64,000 nucleotides of DNA from Selaginella moellendorffii (Eukaryota > Plantae > Lycopodiophyta): positions 996,815 to 1,060,814 of the forward strand of contig NW_003314306.1 in the NCBI RefSeq assembly GCF_000143415.4, in the 5' to 3' direction. Position 1 is the stretch's first letter, and every line of letters begins with the position of its first letter. A program made the translations under genes and the position numbers. Positions 38,130-50,997 of the stretch are shown piece by piece. Under the pieces are notes generated by a model. It had not been told where the DNA came from. It did no database searches and was given only the letters and a program-made list of their open reading frames with translations.

Positions 38130-40100
38130 GGAAACAAAGAGAAGATCTAGTGCTAAAGCGCATACCTCTTGAGGGAAGTGCTACTCCTCAAAAACCTTAC
38201 CTCCTCACAATCACTTTATTTAAGGAGGTAAAATATATTTCCTCATCCTCCTTCCTAATTTTTGTTTGGGAATATAAGTGAAATGTAATATTCACCTCCT
38301 AATCAAGAAAGCTGATAATAGACCATATTTCCCAAAAACCCTTTCAGACTTAGAAAATCCATCTAAAACAATAAAGCAATCCATCTAAAATAATAAAGCA
38401 TACCATTTCTAAGGGGAAAGGGAAGGAATCTAAAACAATAAAGCACAGCGTTTCTAAGGGAAAAGGGAAGGAACGGAATGTACTTAAGAATTCCCTGCTA
38501 CTACCACTGCTAAAGTTGGGTTGCTAGAGTTCTTGGGCCACTGTTGTCAAGAATCGTTAATAAAAGAAAGAAGGACTACACTTGCTAGGGCTTCTTGATC
38601 AAGCACTCACATTGGAATGGAAATAAAAAGAAGATTTAGTGCTAAAGCGTATACTTCTTAAGGGAAGTGCTGCTCCTCAAAAACCTTACCTCCTAAAACC
38701 TTACCTCCTCCTAAAAGTTTATTTTCATTTCAAAAATCTAGTGCTCACATATTTTTAGATTAAAGAATACCACTAAAAAGTAGAATACTATATCAATATC
38801 AAACACCTTCAAATGCGTAAAGAGTAATGAAAACAATCCCTCCAGAGACAAAACATATGAAAAGGATTATTTTCATTACTCTTTAAACTTTTGAATAAGC
38901 TTAAAAGTAACATGGTATTTTTCTCCTTAGTGGTATTTTTTAATCTATACACTAATAAAACATAAATAAAAATTAACTAATTACCAAGAAAGATTTTAAG
39001 GTTTTTGTTCAGACAATTGACCACGAGTTTTATAACCTCAGTATAATATATTAAACACTGAAAATCAACAAAAGACTTCAAGTTAAAAAAAATTGCTACG
39101 CGTTGCATGTAGCAACGCTTGGTTTGCTTAATTGTAGTTTTATTATTACTTATTAATCTAATTGATCAAATAAAGTTTATAATTATAAGCATGTTTGTAA
39201 TTTATAAACACAAGATTAATCTTATTGCATATCAACCATTAGATGATAGAATAAAAAAGAATATACTAGAAAGGGTTTAGGAAAGTTTATAAATTATAAA
39301 TACTAGATTAATCTAAATGAATACCAACCGTTAGATGGTAGAATATCCTAGAATATCCAAACATATTCTAGGTATATTCACTACCATCCCAATCCCCCTA
39401 TAGGTTTGCTTAAGCAAACCAAAAATAACATTAAAAAAAAAGGAAAAACAACAAAAACAACACAGATATATATATATATATATATATGGAAACAAAAAGA
39501 AGATCAATGCTAAAACGCATACCTCTTGAGGGAAGTGTTGCTCCTCAAAAACTTTACCTCCTCCTCAAAAACCTTACCTCCTCACAATCACTTTATTCAA
39601 GGAAGCAAAAGATATTTTCTCATCCTCCTTTCTAAGTTTTGTTTGGGAGTACAAGTTAAATATAATACTCACCTCCTAATCAAGAAAGTACAAATTAAAT
39701 ATAATACTCACCTCCTAATCAAGAAAACTGATAATAAACCATATTTCCTAAAAACCCTTTCAAACTTAGAAAATCTATCTAAAACAATAAAACATACTAT
39801 TTCTAAAGGAAAGGGAAAGAATCTAAAACAATAAAACACAGCATTTTTAAGGGAAAAAGAAAGGAAAGGAATGTACCTAAAAATTCCATGCTACTACCAC
39901 TGTTAAAGTTGTTAAAGTTGGGCCGCTAAAATTTTTAGGCCATTGTTGTTAAAAATCACTAATAAAAGAAAAAAGGAAAAAAAGGATTGCATTTGCTAAG
40001 GCTTCTTGATTAAACACTCACATTTGCTAAACCACCAATGGAAACAAAAAGAAGATCTAATGCTAAAACACATTCTTCTTAAAGGAAGCATTACTCCTCA
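36680..40100 (+). repeat. Second tandem array, ~1.0-kb period, ~3 units
   Basis: Unit start ttttcatttcaaaaat.tagtgctcacat recurs at ~36686, ~37697 and ~38722. Part of the unit is an inverted homologue of 36250-36560. Confidence 0.9.
39091..39420 (-). mobile_element. Non-autonomous Helentron/Helitron2-type (HINE/DINE-1-like) element, ~330 bp
   Basis: Inserted in an A-run of the 1-kb unit (empty site at 38055-38072). Palindromic end ggtttgcttaagcaaacc (39403-39420), matching subterminal repeat ggtttgcttaa (39121-39131), and hairpin gcgttgc-atgta-gcaacgc (39100-39118). Confidence 0.75.
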
Positions 40101-40304
40101 AAAACCCTAGGGCTCAAAGAACTTAGAAATGCCGTCCCCAAATCAAACCCCATTGGGATTTGACTCACAAGAGGCCGATGGTTCGAACCCTACATTTCGA
40201 ATCACTGTGGTTTTTACTTTAGCCTGATACCAGATATTAGCAGCTTCTTAGTGAATTTTGATCCTATCCTAGGTTACAATAGCTGCACATGCCATGAATT
40301 TTGC

Positions 40305-40379
40305 GTTTGGGAGGATAAGCTACGAAGCTATGGTGTAGTCCGCGGCTATGGTTTTATGGTACATATTTTTTCTGTGCTC
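40305..40379 (+). pseudogene. Fragment of the lipase 3' end (ISYEAMV* plus 3' UTR)
   Basis: Matches 9500-9575 and 20255-20330 with a few substitutions. Confidence 0.8.
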
Positions 40380-41169
40380 GATTCGAACTGCGAGATCCGA
40401 GCTTTGCGAAGGTAAGAGAAAAAAAATATCTACATTTCTTTTTAGATTCCAAGGACGCAGCCACCTACTGGTTTTCAAAGAGATGGTTCTTGACGATTCA
40501 GAAAGAACGCAGCGATTTTTCCAATCATCGGTTTCAGAGAGAATTTTTCAGCTATTCCATCACCATCAAACAAGAACCACCAATCTCTGTTGTCAGGTCA
40601 TTGCAATTATAGTGTTCCATCAGAGAGATCAGAGGGAATCCGATTTTAGAGTGTCATCGCCCAACAGAGAACAGTAGCAAACCAAACAAGCAGAGAGGGA
40701 TTTATACTGCTCTTGGCTCATCGGCAGTTCTTGGGTTCGACGCCTAGACTCGTTCCTCACTGTAAATCTCAGTAGAGGGAGCACACATCTCATCATAGCC
40801 AAGCGATAAACCCCCAAACAAAAGAGAGAAGAAAATTTGCTTCAGCCATCCAAGGAAGGTTGAGCCGCATCAATCCTCAAGCCCGGCAAGGCGAGAACTC
40901 TCGGGCGGCCACTGCGAATGTTTTGAGAACGGAGCCTTAGAATGATCATCACAAGCAAGACGCAAACACTAAAACCCTAGACTAATTGAAGAACCCTAGC
41001 CCCACAGCCTGAATAAATTCATCCTCTATCGCAACCACAGCCGTCCGATCAATTCCGATCTTGCGGCTGTGGCCAGGCGGCAAATTTAGGGCGGATATTT
41101 ATCTTTTTTCTTAAACCCCAGCGTCCACGTCAGCTACACCGATTAGGGTTCTTGGCATTTCTTCTGGAA

Positions 41170-43410
41170 ATGGAGGGGGAGCAGCCTGATCGCGAGCTCT
41201 ACGCGCTCTTGCATCTCGATCCGGATGCCTCCGACGAGGACATCAAGCGCGCGTATCGGCAGTGGGCGCAGGTGTATCATCCGGACAAGCATCGCACACT
41301 CCAGGTACTACATTCTTCGTTTTCCTCCACCGATTCTCGCTGGAAATATTCTGCCAGATGCAAGACATTGCGACTCAGAACTTCCAGCGCATTCGCGAGG
41401 CGTATGAGATCCTCAGCGACGAGAAGAGGCGGCAGGTTTACGACATCTATGGCATGGAGGGGCTGAAATCCGGACTGGAGCTTGGTCCCAAGCTCAAGAC
41501 GAGGGAGGAGGTAAGAAACGAGTATGAGAAGCTCCAGGCACGGAAGGTGGAGCAGAAGCTCGCGTCTCACGTTCTACACTCGGGATCGATGGTCGTCTAT
41601 CTCTCGCTCGTCGAGGCCATGCGATCGTCTCTTCTCAAAGGAGCTGCGCTTACTGCGTAAGCTTGGTGTTTCACTCTCTTCGAGCTTTGTTTCTTCTTCT
41701 TTCTTTCGAGTGTTCTGACTTGAAGCAGCTACGCAGGATGGGAATGACCACGCAAATTCAGGCGCAGATCTCTAAGAAAGACACAGTTCTTGCGGGTGGC
41801 AACATGTTTCTCCGAAGAAACATGGGAGGAGGCTCCATGACTGGAGTGCTTCGCCACCAATATTGCCCGGCTACGTCTCTGGAGTTCATGGCGACTTTGG
41901 GACTTCGGTCGGTTTTGAACTGGCAGATCACCAGGTATTTTCTGTTGCTTGTGGTTTTCTGAGGTTTAAACTTGGAAAGATCAGGCAAATATCGTCTCAT
42001 TCATCGGGCACGCTTAGCCTCTCTTACTCGCTGCGGAGTGGACACGTAACTCTGGGTGAATCATGGACGAGACAGATCGCTGAAAACACGACCGCAACTG
42101 TAAGGAGTTTGTGGTTTTCTGTTTTTCATTATACTGAGATTTGAATGCTCAGCTTTTGCTCTTTCTTGGTCCTGATCCGAATCAAGCGGGTTTAGTTCTG
42201 GGTTGGCAACACAAAGGAACCAAAAACTCGATAAGCTCTGAGATCAAAGCCGGTCCAGCAGCTGCAGGAATCAGTGGCCAAGTCACCAGGCAACTGTCTG
42301 GCAAGTCCAAGGGGAAAGTTAGCGCTCGACTTGGGAGGTATGCTCATCTGTGAAAGTCATTTGGTAACTAGAATATCTATGCAGTACTGGTGTTGAGCTC
42401 GAGATTGGTGGTGAGAGAAGTATCTCTGACCATAGCTCGGCTGGAATGTTCTGCGTGATAGGCCTTCAGGTACTTGTTATCTGTTTTTTTGTTATATAGG
42501 CCTTCTAATAATCTGCGCTTGTGCTGCAGGGAGTGTCTTGGAAATTTAGGTTCACTCGAGGTGGGCAGAAGTTCGTCGTGCCGGTTAGCAGTTTCACGAG
42601 TACTTTCTTTCTTGTGTTATATGGTTCCTCGTCCTGTGCAGCTTTTACTTGCAGCGCGTTTTGATCCGGTAGTGGCACTTGGTGCACTTCTCTTACCATC
42701 GACTCTATATGTTGTTCTCAAGGTACATTTATGAAGACCTCGAACCTCTGGTAATCTATTTGTCTTTCGTGCTCGCAGAAGTACCTCTTTAAGCCGTATT
42801 TCTTAAAGAGAGCAGAAGCGAAGAAGCTGGAACAGCGAAAGTCGACAGTAACACAGGTCTGTAGAAGGCTGTTAATTTCAGTGTCCCTGACCAGGATTAA
42901 CAGGTTCAAGAGTCTCGGGCAAACGCCGAAAAGGCTCAAGATCTCTTGAAAAACGTTGCTCATCGTAAAGTTGCGAAAGCGGAGGAGACAGGAGGCTTGA
43001 TCATTGCCAAAGCCATTTACGGCGATCTCAAGGCCCGGGATGGAAACGTGTCTGGAGAAGACACCCCTCCAACGATTGACGTGACCATACCTCTGCAGTT
43101 CCTTGTCGACGACTCTGGTCAGCTCAAGGTAAAGTTTCTCTACGGAGGAACTTGTGTCGTTTTGATCTATGTTTCATGCAGCTCTACGCCGGCGTAAAGA
43201 AGGCCGGATTGATGGGCTTTTGTGATCCATGCCCGGGCGAGCCAAAGCAGCTGGTTGTCTCGTACACCCTCCAAGGCTCACAGTTCAAGGTAAGGTTTTC
43301 CAAGCCGCTCTCCTTAGAATGTCACTGTTTGTGGTTTTGTCCAGGCTCTGGTCGATGACTATGAGGAACTCACGATCCCACAAGAAGCTCACAAGCTTTC
43401 CTCAAAGTAA
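41170..43410 (+). CDS. DnaJ-domain protein, DNAJC11/ATJ13-like (J domain + C-terminal DUF3395-like region), multi-exon
   Basis: ELYALLHL...[14 protein letters not shown] domain; [13 protein letters not shown]; C-terminal [10 protein letters not shown]...[18 protein letters not shown] and [14 protein letters not shown]. Exons joined by short GT-AG introns; stop 43408-43410. Confidence 0.9.
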
Positions 43411-43545
43411 ATTTTGCGAGCAAGCTCCATCCAACTTGGAATGCTCTAAAACCATGGCACTGGAGCAATGAATAACAAAGGTGGAGCCACCACCAGGTAT
43501 GGATTCTCACATTCTCAAAGCACTAAAGAGAAGCTCTCTTACATT

Positions 43546-44600
43546 CTAAGAGATTTTATTCGCGTTCCAAGTGCAATACAGCCATGGCAACTGCGAGAGA
43601 AAGGTGGCGAGATAAAAGGTCCAGATGGCCATCAACGCTCTCACGCTGCCCACCAGCACTGGCCCAGCTCCAAACGCACCAAGCAGCTCCATCGCCCGCC
43701 CCAGCTGCCGAAACCGATACATGGTATACACCGCCGCCACCAGTGGATAAGTTGGCAGCCTCTCCTTGCAAAGCAGCCGCTCGTACGCCGCCTGGACGAG
43801 GATGAGCGCCAAGTAGGGGCCAAACGCCGCGAGAGCCACGCCCGGCTTTCCCGAAAAGATGGACATCACCAGAGCAAACGCTGCCACTCCAATACCCGCA
43901 TACGTGGTGTAGTCCCAGACTTGAGGCAGGCCTTTGGGATAGCCGAGGATCTCCCAGGGGGCGATCCACGGCGGGAGCTCACCCGGGACGCTCTGCTGGT
44001 GGCCGCATTTGTCCGCGAAGACGAAGAAGGCGTCGGCGGCGAGCACGTAGATCAAGTCGAGGGCGAAGACGGCGCCAAGCCCGATCCAGAAGTTGGCCTG
44101 GAGGAGATCGACCAGGGAGAGTGAGAGCGTCGGGAGCACCACTGCCGAGGTTGCCACCACTGGACCGAGTAGCCACAGGAAACCGGCCTGCTTGTCCACG
44201 AAAGCCAGAGCTTTCTCTCGGATCGACTGTGGATCTTTCGGCGGCCGAGTGGCTCTGGAAGTCTTTGATGAGCTTGAAGCATCGCCGCCAGCGTGAGCAG
44301 CCGAGTAAAAGATACCACCGAGCTTTTCTTCCTTGCGCTGTGGTGGCCGAGACGAAATCCAAGAGTGGAGTGGACGGATTGCCGGGAAGCGATGGCAGGA
44401 AATCTTTGTCAAGCGGAAGAGCTGACTGGAAATTGCGGTGCCAGTAGCAGCATTCGTCCCAAGAGAAAAGGCTGCTCCACCATGCAAGGAAACGAGAGAT
44501 CGAGTGGGTCTATGGTCTAGCTGCTGGAATGACATCCTAAGAGCTTACCTGAAGAAGAACAGGCCGGGAGCCCTGCCGCCATTGCCCTCGCAGCTACCAT
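43546..44600 (-). CDS. Conserved plant multi-pass membrane protein, probably plastid-targeted (At1g48460/At5g63040-like)
   Basis: 329-codon open frame with a Ser/Arg-rich transit-peptide-like start and several hydrophobic helices (LWLLGP..., PYLALILVQ.AYERL...YPLV...YRFRQL.RA). Probable first exon 44600-44549 with a gtaagc donor. Confidence 0.75.
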
Positions 44601-44856
44601 TTCCTCTCGTCCATTAGATACTCTGTCCCGGGGATATTCTCTACTACGTGGCGAACGCGCAAGCTCGAGTACGGCAAGGTGTGTACGGTAGACAACAAGA
44701 GATCTCCTGGCAAATAGAAAGAGTTATCCGATAACCAAGAACACTAAATGCCATGAAACTTACAAGAGCGATGGTTATTTCCAGTGATCTTCTCGTCGAT
44801 GAATCGATGGAAAAAGAGCTGCAAAAAGATCGAGGCTTGCGAGCAGGAGAAAGAAT

Positions 44857-45621
44857 CTAGAGGATGTTGCAGCCGCAGAACCACTTACGGCAGCAACTTG
44901 GTCGCGGTGATGGCGGTGATGGCGCTGGCGGAAGATTTGGAGGAGAAGAGAATGCGGGAATGGTGACGAGGAGGGTTCCCGCGGAGGAAAGACTGCTGCT
45001 GCTTGGCGTGGAATCGATCACCTTGGCTTTGCCTTTGAGAGCGCGCCGCCATTCGTCCTCGACAGTAGAAATTTCGCCAGTGTCGGAATCGCTCGCGTTC
45101 GGGGCAGCGTAAGCACTGTCGGAAGAGCTCGGATTCTCCGGAGCGCGAGAGCTCGGATTCTCCACGCTTGATATTTCGGCCCTGGAAGAGCTCGGACCGT
45201 CGCCGCGACGGCCGCGAGTGCTCGATTCGGCCTCGCCAGAGCTCGGCATCGATATTACGGCGCTGGAGCTGCTCGGATTACCTCCGCCGGGTGCTGTGGC
45301 GCTGGAGCTCGGATCCTCGCCACTGGAGCGTGGGAAGAATATTACGGAGCTTGAAGGCCCTGGATCGAGAGAACGCGGGATCGATGTGGAGGAGGAAGAG
45401 CTTGCGCCGTGGCCAGGGATCGCCGAGGAAGCGCTGGGGCCGCCGCGGATCGACGTTGGCAAGACATCGCCGAATCTTGCGGCCGATGCGATGCTGGAAG
45501 CCCTTGCGCTGGACGCGATCGACCTGGAATTGCTCGGCGCAGCCGTGGCAGCTGGATTCGCTGCGAGATCGTCGTGAAGAACCAGCTCGGACTCTCTGGG
45601 CTTGGAAGGCTTGTTCCCCAT
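44857..45621 (-). CDS. Ser/Pro-rich disordered protein with MGNK N-terminus and Cys-rich CaaX C-terminus (CNIL), 254 aa
   Basis: Single open frame with repeated (D/N/G)PSSS and KGKAKV, ending PSCCRKWFCGCNIL*. Paralogue at 61009-62094 shares upstream sequence. Confidence 0.75.
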   Translation of the reverse strand: MGNKPSKPRESELVLHDDLAANPAATAAPSNSRSIASSARASSIASAARFGDVLPTSIRGGPSASSAIPGHGASSSSSTSIPRSLDPGPSSSVIFFPRSSGEDPSSSATAPGGGNPSSSSAVISMPSSGEAESSTRGRRGDGPSSSRAEISSVENPSSRAPENPSSSDSAYAAPNASDSDTGEISTVEDEWRRALKGKAKVIDSTPSSSSLSSAGTLLVTIPAFSSPPNLPPAPSPPSPRPSCCRKWFCGCNIL

Positions 45622-46989
45622 TGAAATTGCCCGCCCAAAAAGAAAAACCCTTGATTCAAATGACTAGGGCTCTTTACAACTATGGCGTCAATGGCGCGCT
45701 TCCGATAGTAAGTGATTTCTCTAAGTGTGATTAAGAGCTAGCTTATTTGAGGCCTTTTACACTTGGATGGATCATGGGGATCATTTCATCTTTTAGTGTA
45801 ATTTAGATGAAATTCATATTACTTGGCTTTATGGAAAAATTAGAATTTTAGGTTGCTCTATTATTTGCATATATGTAAATATATAATGCTTTTATATGAA
45901 ATTATATATTTGTTGCCAGGTTTCAGTACATTTAAAAAGATTATTAGTTAATTTTGTGAAAAAAAGAATTAAAAATAAATGTAAAAATAGATGTAATAAT
46001 CACAATAGTGAAGAATTTTAAATGACATAAAATATTTGTTAAAAAATTTTAAAATCTAATTTTATTTTTGGTATGATTGGTTAAATAAATCATCTAAAAG
46101 AAATTGCAAAATTGTGCATACGTTATGTTGGTATATCTAATTTAAATGTTTTAGGAAAGTTTAAGATTGAAAAGAAAATGAAAATTGTGGTTGGTATTAT
46201 AATGTTAGTTTAAAAAATTTAATAGAAGAATTTAATAAAGTATACTATATTATAATTTTAAACTATAACAATTTTAAATATAATAGAATGATGATTTCCA
46301 TAATTTTTTATTTTTTGAATTAAGAGTGAGCTAAAAATAAATATTTTATTTTATTTTTTCTTTACACAATTATATGTAATAAAACTTGAACGTGTGGGAG
46401 AGCATTGGGTAGGAACTTAGCAATGTAAGGAGGTGAATTATTTTTTGTAGCCCTTGCTTACCAATGAAAATTTAAAATATACAAAGATAGCATCAATAAA
46501 TGAAAAAAGTTTGAGGAATTAGTGGATTTTAGTAAGTACCTTGCCAAACCTTTTTCGCACTATCTTTTCGTTATACTATGCACTGTTCTAAATATAAAAA
46601 CTATTATTTTATGTTAATTTAACTTTCAGCCCATTCAAAAGCCTAAAGAATAATAAAAATAATCCCTTTCAAAGACTGTGCAAATTTAGATTTCAAATTA
46701 ATAAAATAATAATCAATTATAATTATTTAAATTTTAAATTTATTATTTATAAAATAAAAAATTTATTTTATTTAGATCTTTATTGATTTTACAAACAAAA
46801 AAAGACAAAACATAGCAAAAAAATTGTGTTAATGCCTAAAGCTAAAATATTAACCAAGCATTCCTAATTTTCTTTATTCTTTATTATTTATTTATTGTTA
46901 ATACCAATCAAAAATTTATTAATATCAAAAGAATTTACTTTTTAAAAAGTTTATTAAAAATAATTAATCTAAACATCTATTTTAGATAG

Positions 46990-48720
46990 CTGAATGCTTC
47001 AGAGGTCTGCCATGGAGATGTCCAGGCTAGATGTGTACAGCAGCCTCCTCATCTGCCAAGGACTTAAGACTGAATTCCTGGCACACAAAGCTTCACTGAG
47101 CTAGAGATGGTGTTCTACTTGTGAATGCCTGGCTCCATGAATTGGAGAAAGGAACTTCGGCCGTGGAGTGGAAGGATAAGCAGTTGCCTGGCAGCGATTC
47201 TGGCATCGCCCGAGCAGTGAGCGAGAAGTGGGAAGAACTCACATTCATCAAAGGAGGATAAGCGTGAAATCATGGAAAAACATTGGAGCAGGTGCAGCAG
47301 CTCTTGGATGGTGATCACCAGCAGCGCATTCACGACCAGAGTTCCGTGATGTAATCCTCGAGTCGTTTTCGTGTTTGACGAGGCAAGGGGTTTGAACGAA
47401 ACCCGCTCAGAGTTTTGTTTCCGTGGAATGCCTGCTTTGCGCTGGACTCAACCGTGAAGGTTTTGCCGAGAAAGAGCGACGAGGACAACAGCAGCTCGCC
47501 GAGAAAGTGTGGGTGAGCCGTTTTCGTGTTTGACAAGGCAAGGGGTCTGAACGAAACCTCAGCTCCGCTGGGCACTCAGAGTTTTGTTTCCGTGGAATGC
47601 CTACTTTGCGCTCATGCTGGACACAACCGCGAAGTTTTTACCAAGAAAGAGTGATGAGGACAACAGCAGATAGGGAGATGCTTACTGCCTCCGATCTACT
47701 TCTTGCTAACTAAACATGCCCAAGCCGGGCCTGAGCGTTGCGGAGTATGGTTCTTCGTCAACCTGGATGAAGTATGGAAAGCCTTGAAATGGTTTTGGGA
47801 GGCTGTTAACATGTTAAGTAGAAGCTCATGGGTGGTGGAATTGATAATGAATTCACCATGGAAGGCAAGGTGACAGAGAGCTAAGGATGGTATTGTTTGC
47901 TGCTGCAACAGGCCTGCAGGTCTGTCCTCACTGCCCAATGGTAGCGTCACATATGAACGTCGTGTTACGATGAAAGACAGGTTGTTTGTCGCTCTTCCAG
48001 CGACGCCCATCCTCTCGGAGGCAGATGCTAGCCTGCTCAAGTTCGAGAAGTGAAGAGGTATGCTTAGCTGGTATCTTCATCCGATCAAAGTGGTGGTCCC
48101 CTATTCTGCAATTCTTTTGCCGTGCGGGAAGTCCCGGATACTGCAGCGTTAAGCAGATACTTCGCAGGAGGCCTTGCTATCGGGTATCAAGCGGAAAACG
48201 ATATGCGTGGTGCCGATCTCATTCTTCCTGTCTGGACTCCCGAGGGGATGACTTGCTGCGTTGTGTCCCTGAAGACAAGGGGCGGTGTCTCATCCGAGCT
48301 CACAAAGTGGAAAGTTCTTCTTGTGGTTACCGTGCATGTCAATGCAGGGAGCCAGCAGTTGCGGGCGCAAAGTCTTGGCTTCTGTGGGATCAGGAGGAGG
48401 ATAAAAGTGATCTCCAGCTGACATGCTACAGCCTTGATGGCAAATTCGGTTACCTGTCGAGGGAGGTGAGGAGCCTGCTCAAAAACATACACGTAACTAG
48501 GCCGGATCCCCTTAAAGTTGCGGGAAGCTGAGTGGATCAAGGAAATGCTGCCGTTTCAGTACGAGGCAGACTTCGTCGTGTCTCCGGCGGCATGAGTGTA
48601 TGCTCATGGATTACTCGGCTTCACGGAGAAGTTGATCTCTTTAAGTTCGAGTTAGTACTTGCTCTATCTCGTACTCTTGGTTCAATTAACTGTGATCGGA
48701 GCTTGAAGAAATACTAGTTC
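46990..48720 (+). pseudogene. Relic of CR-type NTPase + nuclease-like gene (third copy)
   Basis: Same motifs. It additionally retains LFVALPATPILSEA (~47982-48025) just after MVASHM, and GADLILPVW. Confidence 0.62.
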
Positions 48721-49133
48721 GTTGCTTACGCTTTGCTCTCTCTGCTGTTACATTGGCTTGATTTTGGATCTACTCATAAAAGAGAAGCTACCAGGTATGC
48801 TTAGTAATGTTCGAGCTCGAGCTTTATTATTTTGTAGTGTTCTGACGGATTACTTATGGTGTGATGTATCATAGATGGTAAGTCAGCTCTTTCTTTCTTG
48901 TTCTTTTTTGTAACTCGCGGATGAGATCCTAAACATAGTATACAACGAAAGGTTTATTGCAACTTCTAGAAAAAGATTCGGTATGAACCATATGAGACAG
49001 CCGTTCGTCTTCTATTCCTCAAGAATAGAACAATGGTTGTCTCTTATGTTTCCAGCATTGACTGGAAACTCCTCCAAAGCAGTCCTTCCGGTAAGCTTGC
49101 TTCAAATATCAGTAGATTCTTTGACGTGAGATC

Positions 49134-50997
49134 ATAGCGAGTTTTCCAGTTTTGACATGTTTCTTCTTTTTCTTGGCTGCAGCAACTCGGGCTGGAGATA
49201 TTTTACTAATAATAACCTTTTACACATGTAGAAATTCACTTCACGAACACCAGTTCTCCTCCGGTGATCTACTAACACGAACGAGACGATTTCATTCTTC
49301 CTGCATCAAAAAGTTCCACCATTTTGATCAAGAGTATTTATACAACCTGATTTTTGTTTTCGTAATACACTTGATGTATCCAGGATTCGAGAGTATTTTC
49401 TCAAAAATACTATGAGCTCCTACTTTCAGCCTCGGCAAGGCCCAATCTTTCTTGTCATCTGTGGAGAATGCAGTTGTCTTCGAGTGCATGACCAAAGATA
49501 TGTGGTAAGCTTGACGCAAAACTTTCCACTATCTTCGAGTTTGATTAGAAAACTCTTTTGAAATCATTGGAAGGGGCAATCGTGACTGTCGAACATCAGT
49601 ATTACGGAGACGGTTCTCCCTTTCAAAACTTCACTTATGAGAATCTTGCTTTACTCCAACTATCAGGCATTAAGTGGATGATGATCTTACCGTGTGATTT
49701 CCGTTTTCTTATACAGAACTTGATTATTCAACGATATAACAAGCAAGGCAAGAATCCATGGATTGTTGTGGGAGGTGCCTTGAGTGCGTGGTTTAGACTG
49801 AAATTCCCGCACTTGGTTGCTGCAAGCTGGCAAGCTCAGCCGTGGTGCAAAGAATCTTGGAATACAGTGCTTATGACGAGCAAGTATGTTTACTCACGCC
49901 AAAGCTCGCTCATGTTTCTTTGTTTCTCTTGTAGATTGGAGTTTCTGCTGGTCCCGAATGCAAAAAAGAATTACAGGAGATTACAAAAGCTGGCCGAAGA
50001 AGGCCTGGTAGCAAATTCAGCAGCCGTTAAATCCATGTTCTCTGCGGAAAAGGTATTGTCTTTGGAGTTCCTTCGTGTTTACTTGCGAACACTACATTTG
50101 ACAGCTTAAAGGTGATGACTTCTTATCGCTGATAGCAGACATTGGAGCTGGTTTTGTAAGTAAACATCGTGAGAATTTATACCAAGGTTGACTAGCATTT
50201 TGTTTATGCTAGGTGCAATATGGTAGATCTGATAACCTTTGTGCTCCACTTCTGGAAGCTGTTCAGAACAAAACAGACCTTCTGGTAACTTTTCTTTCAT
50301 AAAGGTCAAATGTTTTGCTTTTTTTTAGAGGGCGTTTGCCAATCTTCTGAGCCTGCGTCGTTCTTCCGTTGAACTTTACGATGCAAATGAGCTGAAAAAG
50401 GCGAGCTGAAGCAAACGATATCGGTGCTATAAACTCTATGAGCTATGCGTACCAAGTTTGCACAGAATTGGCAGCCTTCCAACTTTCTCCGGCCAACGAC
50501 AGCATTCGGCTAAACCTTAGTAAGTTTGTTCATGTTTTACTCAGATGTTTTTCTTACAATTAACAGGTAATTCATCAACTCCTGTGCTGAATTGTTTGGC
50601 CACGAGACATTCCCAGATGTCAAAGCTTCAAACGAGAACTATGGAGGATGGGATATTGCTGGTAATTAATTCGTTCTTTCTTTTGCTGGCTTGATTCTGG
50701 TCTTAAACAAGCATGCTCTAGAAATTATCTTTCTGAATGGTATTGTTTTGCTTCGAAGACTTTAAACAAAGATGAATTCACAGAGCCTTTCTTTATATTA
50801 ACGTGTAAGAACTGCGCACATTGCCAAGACCTTTGGCCAGAATGTACCATAGAAACTGGTATAACTTCTGTAGTAATAATTTTTGTATACCCTGTTTTTA
50901 ACATTGGATTGGATTCTCAGGTCTAGATCAGTGCCAAGAGCTAACGAAGGCCCACGCATTTATATCTTTGTACATGAAGGAGTGGCTTTCCTCGTAG
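49134..50997 (+). pseudogene. Decayed S28 peptidase copy
   Basis: Start ATG mutated to ATA; IVTVEHQYYG; NPWIVVGGALSAWFRLKFPHLV with the catalytic SYAG deleted; frameshifts. Confidence 0.88.

Noticed and set aside
23880-40100. CRISPR-like array
   Set aside because: Units are kb-sized and diverged, with no short repeats separated by unique spacers and no cas genes; context is eukaryotic.
40150-40225. tRNA or SINE (B-box-like ggttcgaaccc at ~40180)
   Set aside because: No cloverleaf, A box or TSD could be formed.
43468-44124. 218-aa plus-strand ORF
   Set aside because: Antisense to the membrane-protein gene in GC-rich DNA, with no recognisable features.
44857-44900. G-protein gamma subunit (C-termini CGCNIL / GCSIL resemble plant AGG1/AGG2 ends)
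   Set aside because: No coiled-coil GGL domain or DPLL motif upstream; only the CaaX end is similar.
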